Source: Sinorhizobium meliloti
GTDB lineage: Bacteria > Pseudomonadota > Alphaproteobacteria > Rhizobiales > Rhizobiaceae
Reading direction: 5' to 3'
DNA length: 32,000 nucleotides
NCBI RefSeq assembly: GCF_017876815.1
Contig: NZ_JAGIOS010000002.1
Location: 900,001-932,000, forward strand
In this document: piece after piece, positions 31,631-32,000 of the stretch
Position numbering within the stretch: position 1 is the stretch's first letter
How the letters are laid out: each line of letters starts with the position of its first letter
Notes under the pieces: generated by a model
What the model was told of the DNA's origin: nothing
Database searches by the model: none
Seen by the model: only the letters and a program-made list of their open reading frames with translations
Program-made: the position numbers and the translations under genes

Positions 31631-32000
31631 ATGAAACCGTTCGAATATTACGAGCCGGCGAGCCTGGCGGAGGCCAGCGATCTCATGAGGCGGCTCGGCA
31701 AGGATGCCAGCATCATCGCGGGCGGCACCGATCTGCTCGTCGAGATGAAGGAGGAGCTTCGCAGCCTCCTTCATCTCGTCAACATCAAGAAGATCCCGAA
31801 CCTGAGGGATTTTACCTATGATCCGGCCGCCGGGCTTCGCTTTGGCGCGCTGGTGACGGTCCGGGAGATAGAGACCTCGCCGCACGTCATCGGCAACTAT
31901 CCGAACCTCGCCAAGGCGGTAAGCCTCCTCGGCTCGGTACAGGTGCGCAACCGGGCAACCATTGTCGGCAACATCTGTCGCGCCTCCCCCTCGGCCGACA
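31631..32000 (+). CDS. xanthine dehydrogenase / CO dehydrogenase family FAD-binding subunit (CoxM/CutM-like), 3' end outside the window
   Basis: Absent from the ORF track because it has no stop in the window. My translation: MKPFEYYEPASLAEASDLMRRLGKDASIIAGGTDLLVEMK...GSVQVRNRATIVGNICRASPSAD, the typical molybdopterin-dehydrogenase FAD-binding domain. RBS GGGAGGAGG. Confidence 0.8.
   Translation, partial: MKPFEYYEPASLAEASDLMRRLGKDASIIAGGTDLLVEMKEELRSLLHLVNIKKIPNLRDFTYDPAAGLRFGALVTVREIETSPHVIGNYPNLAKAVSLLGSVQVRNRATIVGNICRASPSAD

Noticed and set aside
1-32000. Search for tRNA, rRNA, intact IS elements or transposases, integrases and phage genes
   Set aside because: I found no T-loop (GGTTCGAATCC-like) or rRNA-like stretches by eye, and no transposase or integrase-like translation in any listed ORF. 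The only recombinase signal is the truncated resolvase at 21593..21910. A covariance-model scan (tRNAscan-SE, Infernal) would be needed for certainty.

Overview
High-GC DNA that looks alpha-proteobacterial and Rhizobiaceae-like, with the gene content of a chromid or megaplasmid (organism assignment is inference from composition and gene content only). It is mostly catabolic and transport genes. Left to right: (1) An AcoR-like sigma-54 activator, then a textbook -24/-12 promoter (TGGCACGGTCATTGCA), then an NTF2-fused class B flavin monooxygenase. (2) A TauE/SafE-type membrane protein and two divergent GntR/FCD regulators. (3) A candidate GntR regulon. On the + strand: a DHDPS/NAL-like enzyme, a family-5 (Dpp/Opp/opine-type) ABC importer and a DMT transporter. 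Converging on the - strand: an IlvD/Edd dehydratase, an RraA/HMG-aldolase-like protein and a D-2-hydroxyacid dehydrogenase. The promoters carry a shared 20-bp palindrome (TACACTAATGCATTAGTGTA), and the two operons are separated by a REP-like inverted repeat built from G-quadruplex motifs. (4) A GT4 glycosyltransferase plus a glycogen-debranching-like (GDE_C) glycosidase, function unknown. (5) A roughly 2.5-kb decayed segment: frameshifted RidA, truncated serine resolvase, frameshifted parE next to an intact parD, and unassignable fragments. (6) A LysR regulator with no divergent partner gene. (7) A BMP/PnrA-type ABC importer operon headed by a cytosine-deaminase-like amidohydrolase. A strikingly AT-rich ~430-bp spacer (~41% GC by hand count) separates it from a third GntR gene and the start of a xanthine-dehydrogenase-family FAD subunit. 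I saw no rRNA, tRNA, CRISPR array or intact IS/transposase. Many long ORFs in the track are antisense artefacts of high-GC coding DNA. All functions are inferred from motifs read by eye in the translations; no database search was possible.
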